64,000 bases of DNA from the NCBI GenBank assembly GCA_963765495.1, contig CAVXWP010000014.1:1-64000 (forward strand). Reading direction: 5' to 3'. Shown piece by piece: positions 22,941 to 31,974 of this stretch. A program made the position numbers and the translations under genes. A model generated the notes under the pieces. It saw nothing but the letters and a program-made list of their open reading frames with translations. It had not been told where the DNA came from and did not search any database. This DNA is from Blastocatellia bacterium (GTDB lineage: Bacteria; Acidobacteriota; Blastocatellia; UBA7656). How positions within the stretch are numbered: the first letter of the stretch is position 1; every line of letters begins with the position of its first letter.

Positions 22941-22947
22941 AGAATTT

Positions 22948-23012
22948 GCCACAGAGTCACAAAGTCACAGAGAAGAGATTAAAAAATCTCAGTGTCTCCG
23001 TGACTCTGTGGC
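22948..23012. repeat. Palindromic intergenic repeat, CACAGAG 8-bp-period family, copy 1
   Basis: gccacagagtcacaaagtcacagag ... ctcagtgtctccgtgactctgtggc. Confidence 0.8.
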
Positions 23013-23054
23013 TACTGATAACTCATATCTATTTTAGCTCTCTGGAGATGCCCG

Positions 23055-24368
23055 ATGATACAAAGATACACTGCTGCGATTGCGGTCACACTTGCGCTGG
23101 CGCTTTCAAGTTTCGGATTGCAGAAAGATGTTTTAAGTAAGTCTGCTGCTTCGCCGCGCGAACAGAAAATAGCGACTCTGACCGAAGCTCTGAAACCGAA
23201 ATTGATCGAGCAACGCCGCGATTTTCACATGCACCCGGAGTTGTCCAATCGCGAAGAGCGGACCTCTCGCGTGGTGGCCGAGCGGTTGCGCGCGCTCGGG
23301 CTTGATGAAGTAAAGACCGGCGTAGGCAAATACGGCGTTGTGGCTTTGCTAAAAGGGGGCAAGCCCGGCCCGGTGGTCGCCGTGCGTGCCGATATGGACG
23401 CGCTGCCCATTCAGGAAAATATAGATGTGCCTTACAAATCGCAAAACCCGGGCGTCAAACACGCCTGTGGTCACGATGTGCATACGACTGTAGAACTGGG
23501 GGTGGCGGAAGTGCTCTCCAAGATGCGAGATCAAATCGCAGGCACGGTGAAATTCATCTTTCAGCCTGCCGAGGAAGGGCCGCCGCCGGGCGAAGAAGGC
23601 GGAGCGCGTTTGATGATAAAGGAAGGCGCGCTTGAAAACCCGCGCCCGCAAGCTATCTTTGGCCTCCACGTATTTCCCAATGTGGAGGTAGGCCAGATTG
23701 CCTACAACTCAGGCCCGGCTATGGCCTCTGCCGACCGCTTCGTCATCACCATACGCGGCAAGAAAGTGCATGGCGCGTACCCTCACGACGGCATAGACGC
23801 CGTTGTAGTGGCGTCAGAATGCGTCTTGGCGTTGCAGACCATTCGCAGCCGCCGGACCAATACGCTGGAACCGCTCGTGCTCTCGATAGGGATCATTCAG
23901 GGCGGGAATCGGTTCAACATAATAGCTGATGAAGTAAAGCTCGAAGGCACGATCAGAACCCTTAACGAAGTGGTGCGAAGCGATGTTCAGTCAAAGATGC
24001 AAGAGACCGTGGCAGGGATCACTTCGGCTTACGGCGCTGAGTTCGAGATGGAATTTGTAGAAGGCGCGGCCGTTACCTATAACTCCCCGGCGCTTGTCGA
24101 AGAGACTCTGCCAACGATGCGCCGCGTGATGGGCGAGGCAAACGTCATATCGCCGCCGCCGCAAATGGGCGCAGAAGATTTTTCATACTTTCAGAGAGTT
24201 GTTCCCGGCTTCTATTATTTTCTGGGCGTGGGCAACAAGGCCAAAGGAATCACGGCAATGATTCACACGCCCGAATTCGATGTGGATGAAGAGAGTCTTG
24301 TGATCGGCGTGAAGCTTATGTCGAATGTGCTGTTGGATTACCTTGACCGCCACGCCGGAGGTAAATAA
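23055..24368 (+). CDS. M20/M25/M40-family amidohydrolase, with signal peptide
   Basis: HMHPELS, RADMDALP, HACGHD, FQPAEE and GAEDFS. Confidence 0.9.
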   Translation: MIQRYTAAIAVTLALALSSFGLQKDVLSKSAASPREQKIATLTEALKPKLIEQRRDFHMHPELSNREERTSRVVAERLRALGLDEVKTGVGKYGVVALLKGGKPGPVVAVRADMDALPIQENIDVPYKSQNPGVKHACGHDVHTTVELGVAEVLSKMRDQIAGTVKFIFQPAEEGPPPGEEGGARLMIKEGALENPRPQAIFGLHVFPNVEVGQIAYNSGPAMASADRFVITIRGKKVHGAYPHDGIDAVVVASECVLALQTIRSRRTNTLEPLVLSIGIIQGGNRFNIIADEVKLEGTIRTLNEVVRSDVQSKMQETVAGITSAYGAEFEMEFVEGAAVTYNSPALVEETLPTMRRVMGEANVISPPPQMGAEDFSYFQRVVPGFYYFLGVGNKAKGITAMIHTPEFDVDEESLVIGVKLMSNVLLDYLDRHAGGK

Positions 24369-24379
24369 GTCCTGAGTCT

Positions 24380-25579
24380 TTATTGATCTGATGAGACTCG
24401 CCCGCCTGAGATGGCTGATAGCACTCGAAACTCTTCGTCAAACACAATCAGGTCGGCGCGCTTTCCTTTTTCGATTGAGCCGCGCTCGCCTTCCATACCA
24501 ACCACTCTCGCGGGCACAAGCGAAGCCATTCGAACCGCCTCTTCAATTGAAACGCCGAGGCTGATGAAATTCTTGAGCGCCTGCCTCATGGTTATCACCG
24601 AGCCTGCGATTGTCGCGGTGCCCGCACTGCGATTAAGCGATGTCCTTCCGTTTCGGACGCTGATCGTTTCGCCCCAGATCGCAAACTCGCCATCGCCAAG
24701 ACCCGTCGGAGGTATCGCATCGCTTATGAGCGCCATCCCGTCCGCCCCCTTTGCCTGATAGATCAGTCGCAGCATCAAGGGATCGACGTGCTGGAAATCG
24801 GCTATCGAATCAAGCGTCACGTCACCGCGCACAAGCCCCCAGGCGACCGCTCCCGGTTTGCGGTGATGCAGGGGGGCGAGCGCGTTTGGAAAGTGGGTGA
24901 TGTGGCACGCGCCTGCTTCCACCGCCCGGTCGAGCGTTTCAGGATCAGCCTCAGTATGGCCAATAAAAGCACGCGCCCCGGCACGAACCAGATCGGCTAT
25001 CAGTTCAATGCCACCCTTGATTTCGGGAGCAAGCGTCATCAGGCACGGGCAGTCAATAGCCGTGAATCGCTCTATCGAATGCGGGTCGCCGTCATAGATT
25101 CTGAAGAATTCCGGTCGAAGCGCCCCACACTTTTTTTCGCTTACAAAAGGCCCTTCGAAGTGAATGCCGAGCAATTGCGCCCGCATAGACGGCTCGCCTT
25201 TTGATCGAGCTTCACACTCTCTTTCAAAATGAGAGGTCAACGCGCTTATCGCGCAGTGGCATCTCTCTTCATCCGCAGGCACCAGGGTAGCGAAGTATCC
25301 CGTCACGCCTTCGGCGAGCAGGAAAGAGGAGAGCGTTGCCAGATCATCCGCTCCGGCTTCTAAAACATCCACGCCCGCCGAGCCGTGTATGTGAATGTCG
25401 ATCATTCCGGGCGCGAGATAAGCGCCGCCGATATCGAGCGTTTCGCTTGCACTCAACCCTACAGGCTCCTGCCCGCGCGCAAATACCCCGGCAATCAGCC
25501 CGTCGCTGGTGAGCACGGAGCCGTGCTCGACCTTGCGTTCAAATATGATAGTTGCGTTGCGAAGAAGGAGATGGCTCAT
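24380..25579 (-). CDS. nagA: N-acetylglucosamine-6-phosphate deacetylase
   Basis: PGMIDIHIHG, GIHFEGPF, TLAPE, GHT, THFPNA, LISDA and IAGS. Confidence 0.9.
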   Translation of the reverse strand: MSHLLLRNATIIFERKVEHGSVLTSDGLIAGVFARGQEPVGLSASETLDIGGAYLAPGMIDIHIHGSAGVDVLEAGADDLATLSSFLLAEGVTGYFATLVPADEERCHCAISALTSHFERECEARSKGEPSMRAQLLGIHFEGPFVSEKKCGALRPEFFRIYDGDPHSIERFTAIDCPCLMTLAPEIKGGIELIADLVRAGARAFIGHTEADPETLDRAVEAGACHITHFPNALAPLHHRKPGAVAWGLVRGDVTLDSIADFQHVDPLMLRLIYQAKGADGMALISDAIPPTGLGDGEFAIWGETISVRNGRTSLNRSAGTATIAGSVITMRQALKNFISLGVSIEEAVRMASLVPARVVGMEGERGSIEKGKRADLIVFDEEFRVLSAISGGRVSSDQ

Positions 25580-25720
25580 ATCAATTCCAGCAGGTCGAGA
25601 TTATAAGGTTAATTCAAACGAAAGGCGAGTAAGAATAGACCGCCAGGGTCATTCAGTTTTTGAATTGCGGGCAACATGCGTCAGGCGTTTTGGCAGGTTA
25701 AATTGAATGCACGGTGAATT

Positions 25721-25817
25721 GAAATAGGCCGGGACGGACGCGGATCGGGCGGATCTACGCGGATCTGACCCTATATGATTTAATCCGCGAAAATCCGCCG
25801 CATCCGTGGCCTGTTCC
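25721..25817. repeat. CGGAT/ATCCG family repeat, copy 2
   Basis: Shares TAATCCGCGAAAATCCGCCGCATCCG exactly with copy 1. Confidence 0.85.
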
Positions 25818-25868
25818 ACTTCCCTTATCTACATAAAGGCGTTTATTTGTGGTAAAGTTAAATGGTCT

Positions 25869-25896
25869 GGAACCTTTTGGCCGGAAAGGTGTCTAA
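25869..25896 (+). promoter_or_regulatory. RpoE-like ECF promoter, probably autoregulatory
   Basis: GGAACC-16 bp-GTCTAA, ~130 bp upstream of the ECF gene. Confidence 0.65.
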
Positions 25897-26023
25897 CAGT
25901 AGTGACAAGTGAGGTGAAGGGGTCATTGCCCGTTCAACTTGGAGCTACAACGGCGCTCGGCTTCATAACAGCATCGAGCAATGACCCACTCCGGTCAAGC
26001 GGTAAACCTTTGGAGCGCCAATA

Positions 26024-26674
26024 ATGTCAACCGGAGATATGGCCGCATTAGAGCAAACAACTCTTGCTCGCCTGGATTTCGATGCCAGGCCGGTTGAAAA
26101 CTATCACGAGGCGAGTTTGATCGCCCGGTTGCGCGCTCAGGAAATCGAGGCATTTGAGGAACTGGTAGCCCAATTCGAACGGCCTGTTTACTCTCTATGT
26201 TTCCGTTTGCTTGGCGATGGGGAAGAGGCGCGCGATGCGGCGCAGGAAACCTTCCTGAAGGTATATCGCGGGTTGAGCAGCTTTCGCGGAGAATCGGGAT
26301 TGAAGACCTGGATATATCGCATAGCGATCAATCAGGCGATGAATCAGCAGCGATGGTGGCGGCGGCGGCATCGAGACGAGACGATATCGCTCGACCTGAG
26401 CCGGGGTGAATCCGAGACCACGATAGGCAGCACGCTGCCCGTCAAGGGAGCTTCGCCCGAGCAACTGGCCATTGCCGCTCAACGCGAACGGCGCATAATG
26501 CGCGCGCTGGATGAGATAAAGCAGGAATACAGAATCACGCTCATCCTGCGCGAGATTGAGGAATTATCCTACGAAGAGATAGCCGAGACGCTTTCGATTT
26601 CGATAGGCACGGTCAAATCACGCATAGCGCGCGGGCGTGAAGAACTCCGCCGTCGCGTGAAGGACTTGAGATGA
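26024..26674 (+). CDS. ECF sigma factor (RpoE/SigW-like)
   Basis: Region 2 DAAQETFLKVY...KTWIYRIA and region 4 LSYEEIAETL..SIGTVKSRIARGR. Confidence 0.92.
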   Translation: MSTGDMAALEQTTLARLDFDARPVENYHEASLIARLRAQEIEAFEELVAQFERPVYSLCFRLLGDGEEARDAAQETFLKVYRGLSSFRGESGLKTWIYRIAINQAMNQQRWWRRRHRDETISLDLSRGESETTIGSTLPVKGASPEQLAIAAQRERRIMRALDEIKQEYRITLILREIEELSYEEIAETLSISIGTVKSRIARGREELRRRVKDLR

Positions 26675-26779
26675 ATGGTTCGTGATGCGTGAAGAGTGAT
26701 TCGTGATTTTCGGGTAGAGGTTTTTCAGAGGTCTGCTACCAATCTCACGGATCACATAGCATTCGCCCAGTGTGTCATT

Positions 26780-27541
26780 ATGGAATGTAAGAAGTTTAGA
26801 TTGATGACTTCGCTTTACCTGGACAGGCAACTCGCCCAGGGCGAGGCCCATGACTATACCTCGCATCTTTCGATTTGCGGGGGGTGTAATCTGTATCTTG
26901 AAGAGACTCAGGAAGTTACTTCCTGGCTCAGAAATTTAGAGCAGCCGGAGGTCCCGCGAGAGCTTAAGAGCTATGTCATGACGGCTGTCGAAAAGGATAA
27001 CTCTGCGAAAGCCCATCCCGGTCAGAGGTTCTTTGAATGGCTGCTCGTATTGAATCCGCTGCCTGTGTCTTATGCTGTGGGAGTGATAATTTCAGCTATA
27101 CTTTTTACCTTTACTCTTTCAGGATTCCGTCCGATTCCGGTCATGGGTTCGACCAGCAGCCAGATAGCCGTCTATCCCATTATAAGAGGCTCAGACCGCG
27201 AGTTCCACAGCTACAACGATTTGCCGTCCGACAACATGGCGGCAACAAACGGCGCGGATTATTACGAATTGCCGAGAGTGCTCGATAACAGCCCGCTTGT
27301 CAGCTTCAGCCATCTGGCTTACCAGAAATCCGGCCCCGAAGGCATGTCGGCGCTTGTCGAGATACAACCGGACGGCCACGCCCAACTGGTAGAGGTGCTC
27401 GACGACCCACACGATCCCTATATGGTCGAGCAGTTGTGGTGGTCGCTCAGCAAGCGGACTTTTCAGCCTGCGATTGTGAAAGGAAGGGCTGTGCCTACGC
27501 GAATTATCCTGCTGGTTGAGAAGGTAGATATAAGCGGTTAG
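26780..27541 (+). CDS. ZAS (zf-HC2) anti-sigma factor with one TM helix and a TonB_C-like C-terminus
   Basis: HLSICGGC (Hx3Cx2C), TM YAVGVIISAILFTFTL, and C-terminal TFQPAIVKGRAVP. Confidence 0.8.
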   Translation: MECKKFRLMTSLYLDRQLAQGEAHDYTSHLSICGGCNLYLEETQEVTSWLRNLEQPEVPRELKSYVMTAVEKDNSAKAHPGQRFFEWLLVLNPLPVSYAVGVIISAILFTFTLSGFRPIPVMGSTSSQIAVYPIIRGSDREFHSYNDLPSDNMAATNGADYYELPRVLDNSPLVSFSHLAYQKSGPEGMSALVEIQPDGHAQLVEVLDDPHDPYMVEQLWWSLSKRTFQPAIVKGRAVPTRIILLVEKVDISG

Positions 27542-27618
27542 TAGACAGGATAAACAGGATTTGATGAGATTCGACCGTGTTCTTGGTTAATTCGATCTGA
27601 TCCTGCGAATCCTGTCTA
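27542..27618. repeat. Palindromic element of the CAGGAT/ATCCTG family filling a convergent intergenic gap
   Basis: tagacaggataaacaggat ... atcctgcgaatcctgtcta. Confidence 0.75.
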
Positions 27619-29421
27619 TCACTCGTTGACCTTGAGCACGGCGAGAAACGCCTCTTGAGGTATCTCGACACGCCCCACGCGTTTCATGCGTTTCTTTCCC
27701 TCTTTCTGTTTTTCAAGCAGCTTTCTCTTGCGCGTTATGTCGCCGCCATAGCATTTCGCCAGCACGTTCTTGCCCAGCGCCTTGACGGTCTCTCGGGCGA
27801 TTATCTTATTGCCGATAGCGGCCTGAATGGGAACCTCGAAAAGCTGGCGCGGTATGAGCTGGCGCATCTTTTCGACCAGCGCCCGCCCGCGCGGGTACGC
27901 GTTGTCGTGATGCACGATCAGCGATAGCGCGTCTACCGATTCTCCGGCAACCATGATGTCGAGTTTTACGAGCTTGCCCTCGCGATATCCGGTCAATTCA
28001 TAATCGAATGAGGCATAGCCGCGTGAAAGCGATTTGAGCCGATCATAGAAATCGAGCATTATTTCGGCAAGCGGCAACTCGTAAGTGAGCAGGACTCGCT
28101 TGGGCGTAGGATATTCAAAGCCGAGTTGCGTGCCGCGTTTCTCTTCCAGCAGCGCAAACAGCGGCCCCACATACTCTTCGTTGCTCAAAATCATCGCGCG
28201 GATGATCGGTTCTTCGATCTTTTCGATCTTGGCCGGATCGGGCAGCTTTGACGGGCTGTCAATTTCAAGCACTTCGCCTGCGGTCGTCGTCACGCGGTAA
28301 CGGACGTTTGGGGCCGTCGTGATGAGTTCGAGATCGAATTCGCGTTCGAGCCGTTCCTGAACTATCTCCATGTGGAGAAGACCGAGAAAGCCGCAGCGAA
28401 AACCGAATCCGAGCGCGGCCGATGCTTCCGGCTCATAAAAGAAGGATGAATCGTTTAGCCGCAGCTTGTCGAGCGCGTCGCGCAACTCCTCGTAGCGGTT
28501 CGATTCAATCGGGTATAGCCCGGCAAAGACCATAGGCTTGATGTGCTTGAATCCGGGGAAAGGCGTATCCGTGGCCCGCCCGCGTTCCGTCACCGTATCG
28601 CCAATCTCTACATCGGCAACCGTCTTTATTGACGCCGTGAAAAAGCCTACTTCGCCCGCGCTCAGTTCCTCTATCTCGCGTGGTTTCGGCGTCAGCACGC
28701 CCAGAGTGTCAACCTCGTACTCTTTTCCCGTAGCCATCAGGCGAACCGTCATGCCCGGTCTTATCGAGCCGTCAATCACGCGCATCAACACGACTACGCC
28801 GCGATAACTGTCGAACCACGAATCGAAGATCAATGCCTTGAGCGGAGCCTCGTTGTTGCCCGAAGGATGCGGAACCTCGCGCACGATGGCTTCAAGCACA
28901 TCCCCGATGCCTGTTCCCATCTTGGCCGAGACCATCAGAGCATTGTCTGTCTCAAGCCCGATTGTCTGCTCTATCTCTTCGCGCACGCGGTCGGGCTCGG
29001 CTCCGGGCAAATCTATTTTATTTATCACAGGGATCAAATGAAGATTATGATCGAGCGCCAGATAGGTATTTGCGAGCGTCTGCGCCTCGACACCCTGCGA
29101 GGCATCAACCACAAGCAATGCGCCCTCGCAGGCCGAAAGCGAGCGCGATACTTCGTAGGAAAAGTCTACGTGACCGGGCGTGTCTATCAGATTGAGCAAA
29201 TACTGTTTGCCGTCCCTGGCCGTATAATCGAGCCGGACGGCGTGCGCTTTGATCGTGATGCCACGTTCGCGTTCGAGATCCATCGCATCGAGCACCTGTT
29301 CGCTCATTTCGCGTTCGGAAAGCGCGCCGGTGACTTCAAGCAGCCGGTCGGCAAGCGTGCTCTTGCCGTGATCAATGTGAGCTATGATGGAAAAATTTCT
29401 AATATTGGAACAATCAACCAT
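27619..29421 (-). CDS. lepA: Elongation factor 4 (LepA)
   Basis: [33 protein letters not shown] and [25 protein letters not shown]. Confidence 0.98.
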   Translation of the reverse strand: MVDCSNIRNFSIIAHIDHGKSTLADRLLEVTGALSEREMSEQVLDAMDLERERGITIKAHAVRLDYTARDGKQYLLNLIDTPGHVDFSYEVSRSLSACEGALLVVDASQGVEAQTLANTYLALDHNLHLIPVINKIDLPGAEPDRVREEIEQTIGLETDNALMVSAKMGTGIGDVLEAIVREVPHPSGNNEAPLKALIFDSWFDSYRGVVVLMRVIDGSIRPGMTVRLMATGKEYEVDTLGVLTPKPREIEELSAGEVGFFTASIKTVADVEIGDTVTERGRATDTPFPGFKHIKPMVFAGLYPIESNRYEELRDALDKLRLNDSSFFYEPEASAALGFGFRCGFLGLLHMEIVQERLEREFDLELITTAPNVRYRVTTTAGEVLEIDSPSKLPDPAKIEKIEEPIIRAMILSNEEYVGPLFALLEEKRGTQLGFEYPTPKRVLLTYELPLAEIMLDFYDRLKSLSRGYASFDYELTGYREGKLVKLDIMVAGESVDALSLIVHHDNAYPRGRALVEKMRQLIPRQLFEVPIQAAIGNKIIARETVKALGKNVLAKCYGGDITRKRKLLEKQKEGKKRMKRVGRVEIPQEAFLAVLKVNE

Positions 29422-29581
29422 TAGTCCTTACTCTCAGCCTGTCATCAGGCAAACAATCGAATAACTAGTATATCAGCAGGAAGGTAAAAGGAGGCAAATA
29501 TTTGATCGGGCGGATGATTTGTGAGGCGGGCAACCGCGTAGCAGAGTATTGGTTCTCTCCAAAATGTAGATCAGGGAAATG

Positions 29582-29688
29582 GGAATAGACCACGGATGAC
29601 ACGGATGCGGCGGATTTTCGCGGATCTGAATCTGATATGGTTTAATCTGTGTTGATCCGTAGGATCGGTATTATCCGTGGCCTATTCC
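29582..29688. repeat. CGGAT/ATCCG family repeat, copy 3 (most complete)
   Basis: ggaatagaccacggatgacacggatgcggcggattttcgcggat ... atccgtggcctattcc. Confidence 0.85.
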
Positions 29689-29714
29689 TGCTTTCCTTAC
29701 GCTCAATTAGCCTT

Positions 29715-30845
29715 TTACCAGTTGCCGCGCAGGGCGTAGTTTTTGGGGAGTTCGTATAACAGCGCGCGGCGAGAGTGGCGCATCGAATCGTGTATAAAGC
29801 AGACATGCGTACACCAGCAAGCCTTGCCGCCGTCGATCATCTCAAGTTCCTTTGCTCGTTCGCCGCTCTGCCAAAGCTTACCGAAATCGAAATCGAAATC
29901 CGAAAGCGTGGCGAATCGCTCTCTCAATTCGCAGGCGCGCACGTCGCCGTTGTAATCAATTACCGCCGTTGTCTCGCCCGCCGTGCACGGCATAGGCCAC
30001 GCGGTAGGTTGCTCAAAATTCGAGTGCTGCGTGCGATAGTGCGTGCTGATTGCGCCTACGTAGGCGATGTTTTTGACAAAGCGGGTCAAAAAGTCGTCAT
30101 CGGCAAACATCCGGTCGCCGTATCGCCGTGTCAGCTCGGATGCGAGTCTGTATATATCCGGCAGGACATCAGCCGGAACCTGTTTTATCGAATCTCCCAC
30201 TTTTGTCTCGCCTCGAATGATGTTGAAATACTGTCCGTCGAGGCGGAAATTCTCCCACAGATAAACGGCCAGTTTTTCGATTTCCGTGTAATTATCGGCG
30301 CAGATCACCGTGTTCACATTTAAGCGAAAACGATTCGCGAATCTCTCTTTCAACGGATAAAGCGAGCGGATGCAGTCGAGCGTTTTTCCCCAGTTGCCCG
30401 GCACCCCTCTAATCTCGTCGTGCGTCTCGCCGTAGCCGTCAAGCGCCACGTTCAGATAGAGATCAATCGCGGGGTGATCGGTCAATGCGCGCTCTACGAT
30501 TTCGTGAATCAGCGGGGCCACCAGCCCGTTTGTAGGAATGATGACGCGGCTCACGCCGTTTTGGGCTACGAATGTGTCTATGATTTCCGGCACATCCCGC
30601 CGCAGGGAAGGCTCGCCGCCCGATAGCCACAGATCGGTTATGGGCGGCATCGTGCGGGAAACTTTCTTTATCTGATCCAGTGTCAGATCGCCCGGCCGGT
30701 TCAGTTCGTCCCAGTAAAAACAGGTCTTGCACAGGGCGTTGCAACGCGAGGTCACAAAAAGAATGACCGTGCCAAGCCGTTTTTCGCGTCTTGTCGAGCT
30801 TATCAATCGGATGAGTTTTATGGCCTTATTAGACTTGTCAGACAT
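29715..30845 (-). CDS. Radical SAM protein with SPASM/twitch-like C-terminal cysteines
   Basis: CNALCKTC, LSGGEP and PCTAG...GDVRACE...CWCTHVC. The start overlaps the coaE stop. Confidence 0.88.
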   Translation of the reverse strand: MSDKSNKAIKLIRLISSTRREKRLGTVILFVTSRCNALCKTCFYWDELNRPGDLTLDQIKKVSRTMPPITDLWLSGGEPSLRRDVPEIIDTFVAQNGVSRVIIPTNGLVAPLIHEIVERALTDHPAIDLYLNVALDGYGETHDEIRGVPGNWGKTLDCIRSLYPLKERFANRFRLNVNTVICADNYTEIEKLAVYLWENFRLDGQYFNIIRGETKVGDSIKQVPADVLPDIYRLASELTRRYGDRMFADDDFLTRFVKNIAYVGAISTHYRTQHSNFEQPTAWPMPCTAGETTAVIDYNGDVRACELRERFATLSDFDFDFGKLWQSGERAKELEMIDGGKACWCTHVCFIHDSMRHSRRALLYELPKNYALRGNW

Positions 30846-31458
30846 TGGCTTTAGCCTTTTGAACGCGCCGCAGTTCGTCGTAAACCTCAGAGACGCGCCT
30901 TCTCGTCTCTTCAAGCGTGCCCACCGTGTTTATCTCGTAATCGGCGTAGCGGCGTTTTTCTTCCGAAGACATCTGCGCGGCTACGCGCAGTTCGGCCTCT
31001 TCCCGCGTGATGTTGTTGCGGCGCATCAGGCGGTCGATCTGAGTCTCGCGGTCGCAATAAACTACTATCACTTTATCGAACCGTTTGTAGCCGCCCGATT
31101 CGATCATCAGCGCGGCATCTACGATAGCCATGCCTTCGGGGTCTGCGGCTTCGGCCTCTCCGAGCAAACGATTCTGTTCTTCGATCACACGCGGATGCAC
31201 GATCTCGTTCAGGCGTTTGCGTCTATCCGCATCGGCAAAGACAATCGCGCCGAGTTTTGCGCGGTCAATTGCGCCGCTTTCTGTGAGCACTCCCGCGCCG
31301 AATTCCTTGACTATATCGCGGTAGGCCTCGCGCCCCGGTTCCATCACCTGATGAGCGATTTTATCGGCGTCGAAGGTCGCGCAGCCCATATCTTTCAGCG
31401 CCGCAAGCACGGCGCTTTTGCCGACCGCGATGCTGCCTGTAAGACCTACCTTTAGCAT
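30838..31458 (-). CDS. coaE: Dephospho-CoA kinase
   Basis: VGLTGSIAVGKS, DADKIAH, IDRAKLG and LNEIVHPRV. Confidence 0.95.
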   Translation of the reverse strand: MLKVGLTGSIAVGKSAVLAALKDMGCATFDADKIAHQVMEPGREAYRDIVKEFGAGVLTESGAIDRAKLGAIVFADADRRKRLNEIVHPRVIEEQNRLLGEAEAADPEGMAIVDAALMIESGGYKRFDKVIVVYCDRETQIDRLMRRNNITREEAELRVAAQMSSEEKRRYADYEINTVGTLEETRRRVSEVYDELRRVQKAKANV

Positions 31459-31474
31459 CGGTGTGTAGATAAGA

Positions 31475-31957
31475 TTACTCCCAGAATTCTACCGGCTCTT
31501 TGAGGGCCATAAGTTTGCCGAGCGCGGTCTTTCCGCCAAAAGCCGTGACGATCTGATCGTCGAGATCATCGGCCACCCTTGCGATGGCAGAAAGAGTCGC
31601 ATAAAGCGCATCGCGGTCCATCGTTTCGCCGAGTATCGTGTGCGTAAGCAGTACCGTGCCCTTGCCGTTCTTGTCTACCGACAGGCCGAACGCGCCCAGA
31701 ATCAGCCTCAAATTGTAAGTCAGCAGATAGCGCATCAAATCTTCCGTTATATCCAGATCGACCACGACATAAGAGAAGACCTCGACACCCGTTTTTTTGT
31801 CTCCGATTGGAAAGACGCGCACATAAACGAAGGTCGAACCTTCGGCCAGCACGAATGTATCATCCATGACCTTCACGTTGACTTCGCCAAACAGGGCGGT
31901 CAGGTGGTCGCGGGTCTCTTCGTAAATCTTCTTATGAGCCTCAGACTTGAATTCCAT
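31475..31957 (-). CDS. YbjN-like (type III secretion chaperone-fold) protein
   Basis: Acidic, 160 aa, GSTFVYVRV, LMRYLLTYN...GAF and ADDLDDQI...FGG pattern. Confidence 0.7.
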   Translation of the reverse strand: MEFKSEAHKKIYEETRDHLTALFGEVNVKVMDDTFVLAEGSTFVYVRVFPIGDKKTGVEVFSYVVVDLDITEDLMRYLLTYNLRLILGAFGLSVDKNGKGTVLLTHTILGETMDRDALYATLSAIARVADDLDDQIVTAFGGKTALGKLMALKEPVEFWE

Positions 31958-31974
31958 CGATTCATAAGCCTCTT

